A stretch of DNA of 64,000 nt from Escherichia coli (GCA_902500125.1 GCA_902500125.1_4132.1); one strand, 5' to 3'. Shown: positions 18,491 to 28,147, counted from the stretch's first letter. Numbers and translations: made by a program. Notes: generated by a model from the sequence alone, not told the origin.

Positions 18491-18555
18491 TGTATCCTCC
18501 AAATGTAAATCGTTATTATATTTAGGACAAAAAAATGCCAGTACAAAATACTGGC
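18491..18555 (-). promoter_or_regulatory. terminator + late-type promoter/SD cassette (variant)
   Basis: Minus strand: GCCAGTAttttGTACTGGC + T7, then AAATATAATAA...GGAGG before ATG 18490. Confidence 0.5.
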
Positions 18556-18561
18556 TTTATT

Positions 18562-19767
18562 TTATATACCACGACTGGGTATTTTATATAATTGAAATTT
18601 AGTGTAATAATCAGAAACTGTTGTACCTGTCGCTTGTGGGATATAGCCACTCAAATACACATCCCCTTGATTATCCATATACACATTTGTACATTCACTT
18701 GGACAGAATAACTCGATGCTGCCAACTTTAGGTGCATCAACTGGAACTACAAATGTAGTACTTGATGTTGTATTACCGCGACCGAGCCTACCATATGTGT
18801 TTATACCACACATATAAAGTGAATTGTTAGTTTTAACCGTAAGACCACCATATGTTAATGAATTTGATTTCATTATCATATCATCTGATATTGGTAGAGT
18901 GGAGATTGTAGATAATACTGTCCCTGATGAAGCGGCTGAACCATTACCCAAGTTACCTTCCGATTGAATCCCACTTGCACGAACTGTATATGTATTATTC
19001 GTGTTGTGTTTAGATACAACCCATGATGCACTCCCACCAAGTTCATAATGTATAACAGTATTGTTGGCTAATGCACCCATTTGTGTCCATACTCTAATGT
19101 TAGTTTCACCATTACTTATACCAAGTGAACCCCATGTGTTTTGACCAGTTACCCAAAGTGTTTTATCAATTTTCTGCACAATCACTGCACTTGAACCTGT
19201 TTTTACACTATCCACATTCGTATTAATTGAAGTAAATGTTGATAATCTTGTGGTTGTGTTATTACCAAAATATCCCTGTGTATTTGCCCCCATTCCATAT
19301 AGCGTACCATTTTGAAGTAAAACAAAAATACCCTCCCCTACAATTTGAATGTCCTTAATTTGCGACAATTGTGTTGCATTGAATACTGATGTAAAATATG
19401 AAGTACAATCAGTATAAGTACTGACAGTACTTAATCCTGCACCAATAGCTCTACCTACGCCACTGTAATAAAATTTATTATCTTCGGTTTGGATTAAATT
19501 AAAAGAACCTTGGGCTGTTCTAAAACGTTTTACATTTTGGTATATTAAAGTCCACTCTTTTACTTTCGCATTAGGTACACCATTTCCGAATCCATAGTTT
19601 TGTGAACTAGTTCCACCTATACCCATTAAGTCTCCATTTTTATATAATAGTAAGAGTGCTGTTGCTGGAATAACTGACGCACTATAACCATTGTAAATAA
19701 AGATTTCTTTCACTTCAGGAACTTTCATTTTATTTGCGTATTTTATCATCCTTGGAAAAGGTAACAT
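18562..19767 (-). CDS. MLPF-tagged RCC1-like beta-propeller repeat protein (401 aa)
   Basis: Starts MLPFPRMIKYAN; repeats such as GANTQGYFGNNTTT, GQNTWGSLGISNGE, GINTYGRLGRGNTT. Confidence 0.75.
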   Translation of the reverse strand: MLPFPRMIKYANKMKVPEVKEIFIYNGYSASVIPATALLLLYKNGDLMGIGGTSSQNYGFGNGVPNAKVKEWTLIYQNVKRFRTAQGSFNLIQTEDNKFYYSGVGRAIGAGLSTVSTYTDCTSYFTSVFNATQLSQIKDIQIVGEGIFVLLQNGTLYGMGANTQGYFGNNTTTRLSTFTSINTNVDSVKTGSSAVIVQKIDKTLWVTGQNTWGSLGISNGETNIRVWTQMGALANNTVIHYELGGSASWVVSKHNTNNTYTVRASGIQSEGNLGNGSAASSGTVLSTISTLPISDDMIMKSNSLTYGGLTVKTNNSLYMCGINTYGRLGRGNTTSSTTFVVPVDAPKVGSIELFCPSECTNVYMDNQGDVYLSGYIPQATGTTVSDYYTKFQLYKIPSRGI

Positions 19768-19831
19768 AAAATCCTCCTTTATTCATTATACTATATTTAA
19801 TCAAAAAGAAAAGCCAGTGTTAAGTACTGGC
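19768..19831 (-). promoter_or_regulatory. terminator + late-type promoter/SD cassette
   Basis: Minus strand: hairpin 19831-19813 + T-run, TTAAATATAGTATAATGAATAAAGGAGG, ATG 19767. Confidence 0.6.
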
Positions 19832-19838
19832 ATAAAAT

Positions 19839-21008
19839 CTAAGCAGAAGGCATATTCTTCATCTTAATAAATGAAAATTGTGTACCAGTATTTGTGGTTT
19901 GATCAGTAAAATATGAATTACTCCCAGCCCAGTACAATTCATTATTGACTATACAATATATAACAGAACTCGAACTCTGTGAATACACACGACTTATATT
20001 TGATTGTTCTACTCCAGTACTGAACTGAACTACCCCCAACTGTGAACTTGGTATTACATTAGTTGGTCTACCTAAACCGTTAACACCCGCTCCACCACCA
20101 CATGTATATACTCCAGTACTATCAGTTGATATATTAACATAACCATTTCCGGCATTTTCAAATAGTATTTCACTGGGAACAACACCAAATCCTGTAAGAT
20201 CTATTTTCCTGAATGTAGTGTAAACAGTAGAACCACCAACACCTCTTCCACCATAATCATTAGAACCAGCCATATAGATACTATATCCAGAACTTCCTAA
20301 ACATAATAACTGTACGTTGTCATATAAAATTTGCATAGATATAACGTTATCAGGAATACTCAATACCGTAAAAGTAGTTAAAGAAGAACTTCCAATATTA
20401 CTACCAACCGATGTTCCACATCTGTAGTACTTACCGCCTTTTATATAATGGAACGATGAACCGCCTAACTTATGTGCTCCTATTTCACTTACCCCAGTAT
20501 CTATAAGAATGGGAGATACAACTTTGTTATTAACACCTAACTCAGATCTACTGTTCATACCGAACCCATATAAACGACCATCTAACATCAATATTAGTGT
20601 ACTACCTGACGTACCTGCTGACGTAAATTCTATATTCTTTATTTGCGACACGTCAATACCTACAAATAATGAAGTTACTTCAGTCCAGTTAACATATGAA
20701 CCACTAGCCCCAAAATATCCACCCATGTATAGTCCGGCACAATATAACTTATTATCAACCGTCTTTATTAATGTACCGGATACACACGCCCAAAAATCAT
20801 CAACTTCATAGGGTACATGTACCCAACCACCTAATACATCACTATCATTCCCTGTTCCTAATTTGTAGTTCGATCCAGAACCACGCATATACATATTCCC
20901 TGTACTATAAAGTAATCCGACATGTAATTGACTACCATCCAATTTCTTTATTTCGGGAAGAGTTGGTTTAATATTTCCGTACTTTAACATTCTTCCAAAA
21001 GGTAACAT
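19839..21008 (-). CDS. MLPF-tagged RCC1-like beta-propeller repeat protein (389 aa)
   Basis: ORF 21074 trimmed to ATG 21008 (MLPFGRMLKYGNI) after AAAGGAGG; GMNSRSELGVNNKV, GAGVNGLGRPTN. Confidence 0.75.
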   Translation of the reverse strand: MLPFGRMLKYGNIKPTLPEIKKLDGSQLHVGLLYSTGNMYMRGSGSNYKLGTGNDSDVLGGWVHVPYEVDDFWACVSGTLIKTVDNKLYCAGLYMGGYFGASGSYVNWTEVTSLFVGIDVSQIKNIEFTSAGTSGSTLILMLDGRLYGFGMNSRSELGVNNKVVSPILIDTGVSEIGAHKLGGSSFHYIKGGKYYRCGTSVGSNIGSSSLTTFTVLSIPDNVISMQILYDNVQLLCLGSSGYSIYMAGSNDYGGRGVGGSTVYTTFRKIDLTGFGVVPSEILFENAGNGYVNISTDSTGVYTCGGGAGVNGLGRPTNVIPSSQLGVVQFSTGVEQSNISRVYSQSSSSVIYCIVNNELYWAGSNSYFTDQTTNTGTQFSFIKMKNMPSA

Positions 21009-21072
21009 AATTCCTCCTTTATTCATTATACTATATTTAATACAAATAAGAAAGCCAGTACAAAGTACTGGC
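21009..21072 (-). promoter_or_regulatory. terminator + late-type promoter/SD cassette
   Basis: Hairpin GCCAGTACtttGTACTGGC (21072-21054) + T-run, TTAAATATAGTATAATGAATAAAGGAGG. Confidence 0.6.
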
Positions 21073-21086
21073 ATAGTTTTATAGTA

Positions 21087-22196
21087 TTATTTCGGCATTG
21101 TAATTGCAGACCATGAGTTCGTGGTAATAGGACCTGGCACATACAAAAAAGAACCACAAGCATAAATTTGATTATTACCATCAAATACTATACTAAAATG
21201 TGCACATGTGTATAATGCTGATTTTTCTGGGTTGTAATTATCTAAAGTTAGTGTATTGGTGAATCTACTCAAACCACCACCAGAACCATTTCTACCAAAT
21301 TCACCAGTACTGTATATCTTTCCTTCGGTTGTTGCGTACATATTAACATATGAAGTCGCACTTGATTTTGATATTTTATGTATCTTACTATCAATAGTAG
21401 TGGAGTTAAATGCAAATGGATATACTTGTGTGTTCGTTGTAATACCGTTACCAAGTTGACCAATATACTGCCAACCTGCGTTGTATATATTGCTGGCTGA
21501 ATAAGCAAGAGTACCAGTACTGTTACCACCAAATAGTTTAACACTTGTTAACCTGCTTACTAGTGTAGTATACTGTCCGGGACTTACGCCAAGTGAACCA
21601 TATCCACTGCTCCCGCAACCGAGAAGTTCATTATTTGATGTTAATATTAATGTGTTATTCTGTGTACCCAATATATCAAGGACTGTATTAGCTCCGGTAT
21701 TAACAACTGAAACAAAAGTACTCTGAACCGTGGAATACCCACCACCGAGTGAATAGTTACCATTCATGCCTCTACCATAAACAATCGAACCACTAGCATC
21801 AACGTAGTGCATTGTATCTGCACCAATTGATATCATTTTAATATTAGATATATGTGGAAATGAAGAAGTAACATTCAAACCACCCAACGGAATCATAGTA
21901 TTTCCTGTGCCTAATTGTGTGGTAACTCCATGCATTATGAATTCTTCACCCTTGAGATAAAGAATATTGTACGCACCAGCCCATGCATCAGTAACACCTT
22001 CTGAAATTAATATCCAAGTATTTCTTGTTGCTGTATTTTCAACGTTTAACTGCAAATACGTATTAACCCCACAACCATAAAGTGAGCCATCGCCATAGAG
22101 GACGTACAAATTATCAAGACCGCACAGAACTTTCTTTATCTTTGGAGCTTCAGGTGCAATATTTCCGTACTTAACCATTCTAGCAAAAGGTAACAT
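21087..22196 (-). CDS. MLPF-tagged RCC1-like beta-propeller repeat protein (369 aa)
   Basis: MLPFARMVKYGNI; GWQYIGQLGNGITTNTQ, GSSGYGSLGVSPG, GMNGNYSLGGGYS; SD overlaps stop of upstream gene. Confidence 0.75.
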   Translation of the reverse strand: MLPFARMVKYGNIAPEAPKIKKVLCGLDNLYVLYGDGSLYGCGVNTYLQLNVENTATRNTWILISEGVTDAWAGAYNILYLKGEEFIMHGVTTQLGTGNTMIPLGGLNVTSSFPHISNIKMISIGADTMHYVDASGSIVYGRGMNGNYSLGGGYSTVQSTFVSVVNTGANTVLDILGTQNNTLILTSNNELLGCGSSGYGSLGVSPGQYTTLVSRLTSVKLFGGNSTGTLAYSASNIYNAGWQYIGQLGNGITTNTQVYPFAFNSTTIDSKIHKISKSSATSYVNMYATTEGKIYSTGEFGRNGSGGGLSRFTNTLTLDNYNPEKSALYTCAHFSIVFDGNNQIYACGSFLYVPGPITTNSWSAITMPK

Positions 22197-22206
22197 AAAT
22201 TCCTCC

Positions 22207-23386
22207 TTAAATTTGTGGCAATTGGTATTCAGTTAAAGTCCATGTACCAACAACTGTCCCTACTGGAGACATACCAGTGTAGTATAATTTCCCACTCACA
22301 TATGCAAATAATGCATTGTCATTCGCAGCAACCAACGATGTTGACGGATCATAAACTACAGAATTTGGAAATTGTGCTTGGACGAAAATTGAAGCATTAT
22401 TAGATGAATTGTTACCAAGCTGTCCATAATTATTATACCCTGTTCCAAAAATACGACTTCCATTTCTATATAATAATCCCCTAGGGTTTTGTGAATATGT
22501 TTGTATAAATTCAAAATCGGAAACATTAGTTAATTGTAAATAAGTACTTTGTGGCGTTAAAGATATCTTATTAGTATTAGATAGAACACCATTTCCTAAT
22601 TGTCCGTGAATTTTGTGACCCTACACCATATAGCGGATAAGTATTATCTACATTAAGAACTATACCCAACATATTGTTATATGAAATTATATCAACTGGG
22701 TACTGGCCTGTAGGAAAACTATACTTTGTCCAACTCGTCAAAGTATCAGTAGCAGAACCAGTTAACAATGTACCAGTACTAGTTTTACCACATCTCCATG
22801 CTGAATTATCATTTTTAATTATCCAAGTTGGACTATTGAAAAATGAACTAACCTTTTTAACATTAATATTAACCTGTGTAAATGATGTAAGTGTAGATGA
22901 ACTACTACCCAACTCATAGGTTGAATTATCACCTATTGCGTAAAGAACACTATCATTTGTTAGTAAAAACATATTACGAACATTTGGATATATCTCCTTG
23001 ATATTATCCACATTAAAACCTAAAAAATAAGACGTACAATCAACAAATGTAGTACTTTGAACTGCCCTAGATGTACCAGTCCAAAAGTTCCAACCTGCAT
23101 AATAAAATTTATTATCATTGGTCTGAACTAAGCTATATGAAGCATTCCTTGTGCACCAAAAATTTTTCACATTTTGCATTAAGCGAACCCATTTGGTCTG
23201 TGTCGTTGTATTTCCAAGACCGAATATACCAGCATTGTTACCGCCAATACCCCACAAATCACCGTTCTTATACAGAATCATCAATGTGTTGTTGGTAAAA
23301 GCCGATGGTGCTTGCATTTTAATTACATTAGATTCATATACAGGTGCTATATTCCCGTACTTTAACATTCTCCCAAAAGGTAACAT
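22207..23386 (-). pseudogene. MLPF-tagged propeller paralog interrupted by a frameshift near 22620-22632
   Basis: ORF 23386..22577 (MLPFGRMLKYGNI, 269 aa) hits TAA. Shifted frame continues ..GHKIHGQLGNGVLSNTN..NYGQLGNNSS.. to TAA 22207-22209. Summed length about 392 aa equals the paralogs. Confidence 0.6.
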
Positions 23387-23394
23387 ATTCCCTC

Positions 23395-24570
23395 CTATTC
23401 CGGTAAAATCATTTTCTTCATTTTAACTTGTTGTGTACCTGGACTCTGTTCCTGAAACATAGACCCGTTACCACACCAGTACACCTCATTAGTACCCACT
23501 AACGCGTATAACACACCAGAACCACCTTGTACTGAAAATGCATTAACATCTGGTGCAACATCCATATCCTCATATTGTACCTGGTGGTAATAAGATCTTT
23601 CTGATGCAGTAGTAACAGGCCAACCAAGAGGAACACCACTACCACATGTATAAAGTTTACCATTCTGTGTCATTGCCATTATAAAATAATTCAAACTGTG
23701 ATTGTTCATCGACCCAGCATCTGGTATAATACCACTAATTGCAGGAGTGGTACTAAATGGACTCATGATAATAGTAGTGTCGCCATACCCTATTCCTAAA
23801 CAATAATCAGTGTTTTTTCCAGCAGTATATACATTAATCTTATTTCTATTGGATGTAAGTACTGAAGTGGTTTCAGGAGTACATGAAATACCAATAACTG
23901 TTCCAGATATATCAGTACTTACTGTAAATGTGGATAGTTTAGATGAACTTGAACCTAGGTTATAACTTGCATTATTACCACATCTGTAATATTGTCCATT
24001 TTTTACAAAATGGAAAGCACCACCCGACTGTGTTCCTGCGATTAAAGTAACACCCGTGTTAATCAAAATAGGTGTTGATTTTATTCCAGTAACACCCAAT
24101 TCACCCCCAGCATTACGGCCTATCCCATATAAGTTACCATCACTTAACAGAATTAACAAAGAACCATTGGATGCGGTAGTTTCGGTAGAAGCTATATCTT
24201 GAACTGTAGTAAGGCTTGGAATTGTAGACAATATAGATGTAATATTAGTCCATCCGGGAACAGGTGATGCAGATACACCGACATAGTTCATTTGCCCTGC
24301 TAAGTAAAATTCTCCGTCAGTCGTAAGTATAATTGTCCCTGCGAATAAACACCAAACATTAGAAACTTTATATGGACACTGTACCCACCCATTTTGTACA
24401 TACTCCGTACTATTATTTCCTAGCCTATAATGTGCACCACTTCCACGTAGATATAAGTTACCACTATCAAATAACATACCCATATGTGATGACGATGTAC
24501 TAATCTTTAATACACCAGAAGGTGCAGGTTTAATATTTCCATACTTAACCATTCTTGCAAAAGGTAACAT
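23395..24570 (-). CDS. MLPF-tagged RCC1-like beta-propeller repeat protein (391 aa)
   Basis: ORF 24588 trimmed to ATG 24570 (MLPFARMVKYGNI); GRNAGGELGVTGIKS; stop TAG overlaps SD of next gene. Confidence 0.75.
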   Translation of the reverse strand: MLPFARMVKYGNIKPAPSGVLKISTSSSHMGMLFDSGNLYLRGSGAHYRLGNNSTEYVQNGWVQCPYKVSNVWCLFAGTIILTTDGEFYLAGQMNYVGVSASPVPGWTNITSILSTIPSLTTVQDIASTETTASNGSLLILLSDGNLYGIGRNAGGELGVTGIKSTPILINTGVTLIAGTQSGGAFHFVKNGQYYRCGNNASYNLGSSSSKLSTFTVSTDISGTVIGISCTPETTSVLTSNRNKINVYTAGKNTDYCLGIGYGDTTIIMSPFSTTPAISGIIPDAGSMNNHSLNYFIMAMTQNGKLYTCGSGVPLGWPVTTASERSYYHQVQYEDMDVAPDVNAFSVQGGSGVLYALVGTNEVYWCGNGSMFQEQSPGTQQVKMKKMILPE

Positions 24571-24634
24571 ATTTCCTCCTTTATTCATTATACTATATTT
24601 AATACAAAAAGAAAAGCCAGTACTCTGTACTGGC
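24571..24634 (-). promoter_or_regulatory. terminator + late-type promoter/SD cassette
   Basis: Hairpin 24634-24616 + T-run, TTAAATATAGTATAATGAATAAAGGAGG. Confidence 0.6.
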
Positions 24635-24641
24635 CTATATT

Positions 24642-25379
24642 TTAGACTGAATTGTTAGGATAATATCTCCCACGTCCCCATATTATTCGCACAGCACCAC
24701 CACCAGCAGCCGTATAAGAAAAATTATCCCATATACTACCACCACCACCATACATCTTACCAGCACCACCACTACCAGCACCACCATTATATGAACCATC
24801 GTATCTACCGCCAATACCATTAGCACCTTGAACAATGATACCAGTACCACCACCCGTACCAATGAACGAGGTATTATAGAATGCACCACCACCACCGCCG
24901 CCGCCAGCACCATTTTCACCAGTGATTGCATCTCCGTTACCACCTTTACCAGTGTAGCCACCAGCACCACCACCAATGACTGCACCACCACTTACACCAG
25001 CGTTGCCCCCATTACCACCACCATCATTAATAGCGTTAGCAGCTTTCCCACCTAGTCCACCAACCCTATATTCACCAGTGAAGCTAACACATAGTTTTTC
25101 AGTTCCACGATATAAACCGTTTTCAACTGCTGTAGTAGTGTTGGGATGTGTAAGAGAAACACTTAAGTACTCACCACTAGTAACCGGAATATTATTACGC
25201 CACGATAAGCCGCCGCCAGCACCACGTTGACCACCCGGCGAAATAACACATACTGATATTTCGGTAACGCTAGCAGGAACTGTAAATTGTGTTGTTCCTA
25301 TTGTCGTGATTAATTGTTCACCATGTGGCTTATATTCAATTTCATTCCCGTACTTAATCATTCTTCCAAAAGGTAACAT
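24642..25379 (-). CDS. MLPF-tagged glycine-rich protein (245 aa), tail-fibre-like Gly-rich domain
   Basis: MLPFGRMIKYGNE, then QFTVPASVTEISVCVISPGGQ and long GGxGG runs (GAGGGGGGGAFYNTSFIGTGGGTG); no propeller repeats. Confidence 0.7.
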   Translation of the reverse strand: MLPFGRMIKYGNEIEYKPHGEQLITTIGTTQFTVPASVTEISVCVISPGGQRGAGGGLSWRNNIPVTSGEYLSVSLTHPNTTTAVENGLYRGTEKLCVSFTGEYRVGGLGGKAANAINDGGGNGGNAGVSGGAVIGGGAGGYTGKGGNGDAITGENGAGGGGGGGAFYNTSFIGTGGGTGIIVQGANGIGGRYDGSYNGGAGSGGAGKMYGGGGSIWDNFSYTAAGGGAVRIIWGRGRYYPNNSV

Positions 25380-25445
25380 AATTCCCTCCTTTATTCATTA
25401 TAATATATTTAATACAAAAAAGAAAAGCCAGTACAAAGTACTGGC
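25380..25445 (-). promoter_or_regulatory. terminator + late-type promoter/SD cassette
   Basis: Hairpin 25445-25427 + T-run, TTAAATATATTATAATGAATAAAGGAGGG. Confidence 0.6.
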
Positions 25446-25452
25446 ATAGTAT

Positions 25453-26580
25453 TCAAAAAGGTAAATCAATTTGCTTAGTAATAATAGTATCTAACGGTAT
25501 TGAACACAATGAGAAATTCTTTCCACCCGTATTTTTAGGATTATATCCATTCATCCATACATTATTACCTTCGTAAAATGTATTCCAGTATAAAGACCCA
25601 CTATATCGTGTATTCGAATTGAACGATGTAAAATTGAATTCTTGAAATGCTGTAAAATATGGAAGGGAACTTGAACTACTTCCCGTAAATGGGGTATGCC
25701 CAGTTGCTATTAGTTTGTTTGTATCTGCATTAATTAAAAATACAACACTAGTCGAATAGTCCAACGAATCAGGATGATATATATTACTCATATCACCTAT
25801 AGTAAAACCAACATCAAAAACTTTACTATGTGCACCACTACCAGCAAAAGTAGTTCCAGTTGCATATATTTTATTATCAGATGTTATCATTACAAAACCA
25901 ACACCAGAAACAAAACTGCATTTTATATCATAAGATATATCATCAAACAACGGAACAAATGTGGTTGCATCACCCGATGTTGCTTTAACTTGAAAGCTGT
26001 TATTTGAACCTGAACCATATACAGTTCCATCGTTTTTAATCTTAAACAATGTATCGCCAAGGTAACCGCCAAATATATTATCCACATTAGTGTCAAGTAC
26101 AGTCCACGCTGAAACATAATTTTTATGTCCTAAACCTAATGAACCACTTCGATTCCATCCTCTTCCATAAAGTGTTCCGTCTTTCATTAATATAAATGCT
26201 GTATAACCACATAACATTTTTTTAATTTGGGTAACATCTATACCAGTGAAATACACAGCCCAGTCAGTATATCCTTGTTGGAAAGTATTAGAATTCGTGA
26301 ATGCATATGTTGAACCTGAACCATATATTTTATCACCTTTAATAACAACGGAAAACGATCCTAACCATAAGTCATCAACTTCAGTTGTGATTTGTTGAAC
26401 TGCTCCTAACGATACAAACTGTGTACTTAAACCCGCATTATAGTTTGAATCTTCACCGTGTGCATATACAGTGCCATCTTGCATTAGAAACATTTCAAGA
26501 GTGTAACTAACAACACTTTTCTTTATATTATTAACTTCGATTATATTCCCATAATCAAACATTCTAACAAAAGGTAACAT
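25453..26580 (-). CDS. MLPF-tagged RCC1-like beta-propeller repeat protein (375 aa)
   Basis: MLPFVRMFDYGNI; GWNRSGSLGLGHKNYVS, GSGSNNSFQV. Confidence 0.7.
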   Translation of the reverse strand: MLPFVRMFDYGNIIEVNNIKKSVVSYTLEMFLMQDGTVYAHGEDSNYNAGLSTQFVSLGAVQQITTEVDDLWLGSFSVVIKGDKIYGSGSTYAFTNSNTFQQGYTDWAVYFTGIDVTQIKKMLCGYTAFILMKDGTLYGRGWNRSGSLGLGHKNYVSAWTVLDTNVDNIFGGYLGDTLFKIKNDGTVYGSGSNNSFQVKATSGDATTFVPLFDDISYDIKCSFVSGVGFVMITSDNKIYATGTTFAGSGAHSKVFDVGFTIGDMSNIYHPDSLDYSTSVVFLINADTNKLIATGHTPFTGSSSSSLPYFTAFQEFNFTSFNSNTRYSGSLYWNTFYEGNNVWMNGYNPKNTGGKNFSLCSIPLDTIITKQIDLPF

Positions 26581-26642
26581 ATTTCCCTCCTTTATTCAAT
26601 ATACTATATTTAATCAAAAAAAGCCAGTACTCAAGTACTGGC
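26581..26642 (-). promoter_or_regulatory. terminator + late-type promoter/SD cassette
   Basis: Hairpin 26642-26623 + T7, TTAAATATAGTATATTGAATAAAGGAGGG. Confidence 0.6.
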
Positions 26643-26649
26643 ATATCAA

Positions 26650-27816
26650 TTACGAAAAACGTGGATCATCAAGAACAAACACGGTACTACTTGGACCACC
26701 TTGTGTGGTGACAGCACTAGTACTGTAAAGAAAGTTACCATCTGTCATATAAGTTCTACGATTCGTACAAATAACTCTTACTTTATTCATATCGATATCA
26801 GGATTAGGTAATGGACATGAAGTATACACTGATACATCAGTACTTGTTCCTATTCCCAGCGTACCTTCATTTGTGGTTGAACCGCTATTCAACCCACTAG
26901 CATATATACCACTGCTTGTAATAACAAAAGTGGCGTAGAATGGAGAACCTTCACCTATATTTAATTTAGTTCCAGGTGGTTGTCTTGCCGCAGCAACCGC
27001 ACCATATGCTTTCCCACCAGATGTGGCAAGATTACCAAGAGCACCATACTGTTGTTGTCCACCATTATACACTGTGTTAGTGCCATCACTGTTAGTGTGG
27101 ATACCAATAGAATTATAGTTACTGTTGCTATATACTAAAGCGGCATTAGAAGTAACTGTATTTCGTGTATATACTTTATATTGTTGGGTAAAATTACCAC
27201 TAGTGGACGTACCCTGTACAGTTCCAGTGTAGTATATATATCCGTCTGTACCAATGAATGAGTGCATAACACTACCTGCAAAAATTTTTTCTGGAGTAAC
27301 ACCTGACGGTATTGTTGATTGTACAAATCTACCCACTACATTTGTTGTTGTATTATTTCCCAATTGACCGGAGTCACCATAACCACTTGACCATATGGTA
27401 TTGTTCTCAAGAAGAACACTAATTGATAATCTTGATAAAGCTATTTCTTTAACATCACTTTCTAATGTATCAAAAAATGAAGTACAATTTGTCCAAGTGT
27501 TCACTACGCTAGAACTAACACCAATTTGTTTATTATCACCAGAACTATAATAATTCCCATCATATGTTTGTATAAGTATAACAGAACCACCAACCCATAC
27601 TTTATCAACTGAACCAAACGTTCTTGTCCATGTGGTAACTATATCCCCGCTATTATTACCCAATCCAAAGCAACCACTACTATCTACGCCTCGTACATAT
27701 AAATCTCCTGAAGTCATCAGAACTGCACAGAATGATTGTGCACCTTTAACATCTTTAATTGGCTCTGGTTCAGGTGCAACATTTCCATAATCAAACATTC
27801 TTACAAAAGGTAACAT
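26650..27816 (-). CDS. MLPF-tagged RCC1-like beta-propeller repeat protein (388 aa)
   Basis: MLPFVRMFDYGNV; GYGDSGQLGNNTTTNV, NEGTLGIGTSTDVS, QQYGALGNLATSG. Confidence 0.75.
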   Translation of the reverse strand: MLPFVRMFDYGNVAPEPEPIKDVKGAQSFCAVLMTSGDLYVRGVDSSGCFGLGNNSGDIVTTWTRTFGSVDKVWVGGSVILIQTYDGNYYSSGDNKQIGVSSSVVNTWTNCTSFFDTLESDVKEIALSRLSISVLLENNTIWSSGYGDSGQLGNNTTTNVVGRFVQSTIPSGVTPEKIFAGSVMHSFIGTDGYIYYTGTVQGTSTSGNFTQQYKVYTRNTVTSNAALVYSNSNYNSIGIHTNSDGTNTVYNGGQQQYGALGNLATSGGKAYGAVAAARQPPGTKLNIGEGSPFYATFVITSSGIYASGLNSGSTTNEGTLGIGTSTDVSVYTSCPLPNPDIDMNKVRVICTNRRTYMTDGNFLYSTSAVTTQGGPSSTVFVLDDPRFS

Positions 27817-27850
27817 AAATCCCTCCTTTATTCATTATATCATATTTACC
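27817..27850 (-). promoter_or_regulatory. late-type promoter/SD (first cassette of the minus-strand block)
   Basis: Minus strand AAATATGATATAATGAATAAAGGAGGG before ATG 27816. Confidence 0.5.
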
Positions 27851-27865
27851 CCATAAACAAAACCC

Positions 27866-27894
27866 TTGACATCCTTTCAGTACTGATGTACTAT
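27866..27894 (+). promoter_or_regulatory. sigma70-like promoter for the family A array
   Basis: TTGACA 27866-27871, 17 nt (contains CAGTACTG), TACTAT 27889-27894; divergent from the minus-strand block. Confidence 0.55.
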
Positions 27895-27919
27895 AGAATG
27901 AATATAAGGAGAACTGCAC

Positions 27920-28147
27920 ATGACAAATACTTTTAAGTACTACCTCAATACTCTAAATGAACTAGAGTACGCGAAGTTTCTCGCGGATTGTTCGTGGCTA
28001 ATTGAGCTAAAAAAATATAACAGTACTGGATGTAACCTTATGCTGAACAATGCACTTGATACCCTTGTAGTGAGCATTTTACACAACAACATCTGCGGGG
28101 ATAGAAACAAACAATTATCAAAAATCTTAGTACTGCTATCTATATGA
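27920..28147 (+). CDS. family A small protein (75 aa, divergent first member)
   Basis: AAGGAG upstream; MTNTFKYYLNTL... Confidence 0.6.
   Translation: MTNTFKYYLNTLNELEYAKFLADCSWLIELKKYNSTGCNLMLNNALDTLVVSILHNNICGDRNKQLSKILVLLSI

Noticed and set aside
20509-23426. Several plus-strand ORFs lie inside the minus-strand propeller genes (20509..20811, 20771..20971, 21256..21459, 22215..22403, 22674..22919, 23071..23298, 23151..23426).
   Set aside because: They are antisense to strongly supported genes, lack SDs and have no family resemblance. In addition, 22215..22403 overlaps the shifted-frame continuation of the 22207..23386 paralog on the opposite strand.
24683-25230. Three long ORFs (24683..24991 -, 24828..25055 +, 24976..25230 +) overlap the Gly-rich gene.
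   Set aside because: They are low-complexity V/T/P-rich translations of GGN/ACC repeat DNA in alternative frames. They have no SD, and they lie entirely inside the well-supported gene 24642..25379.
18067-27816. I considered a diversity-generating retroelement or shufflon acting on the variable propeller genes.
   Set aside because: The window contains no reverse transcriptase, no template/variable repeat pair with adenine-specific differences, no invertase and no inverted crossover sites. The diversity looks like ordinary paralog divergence.
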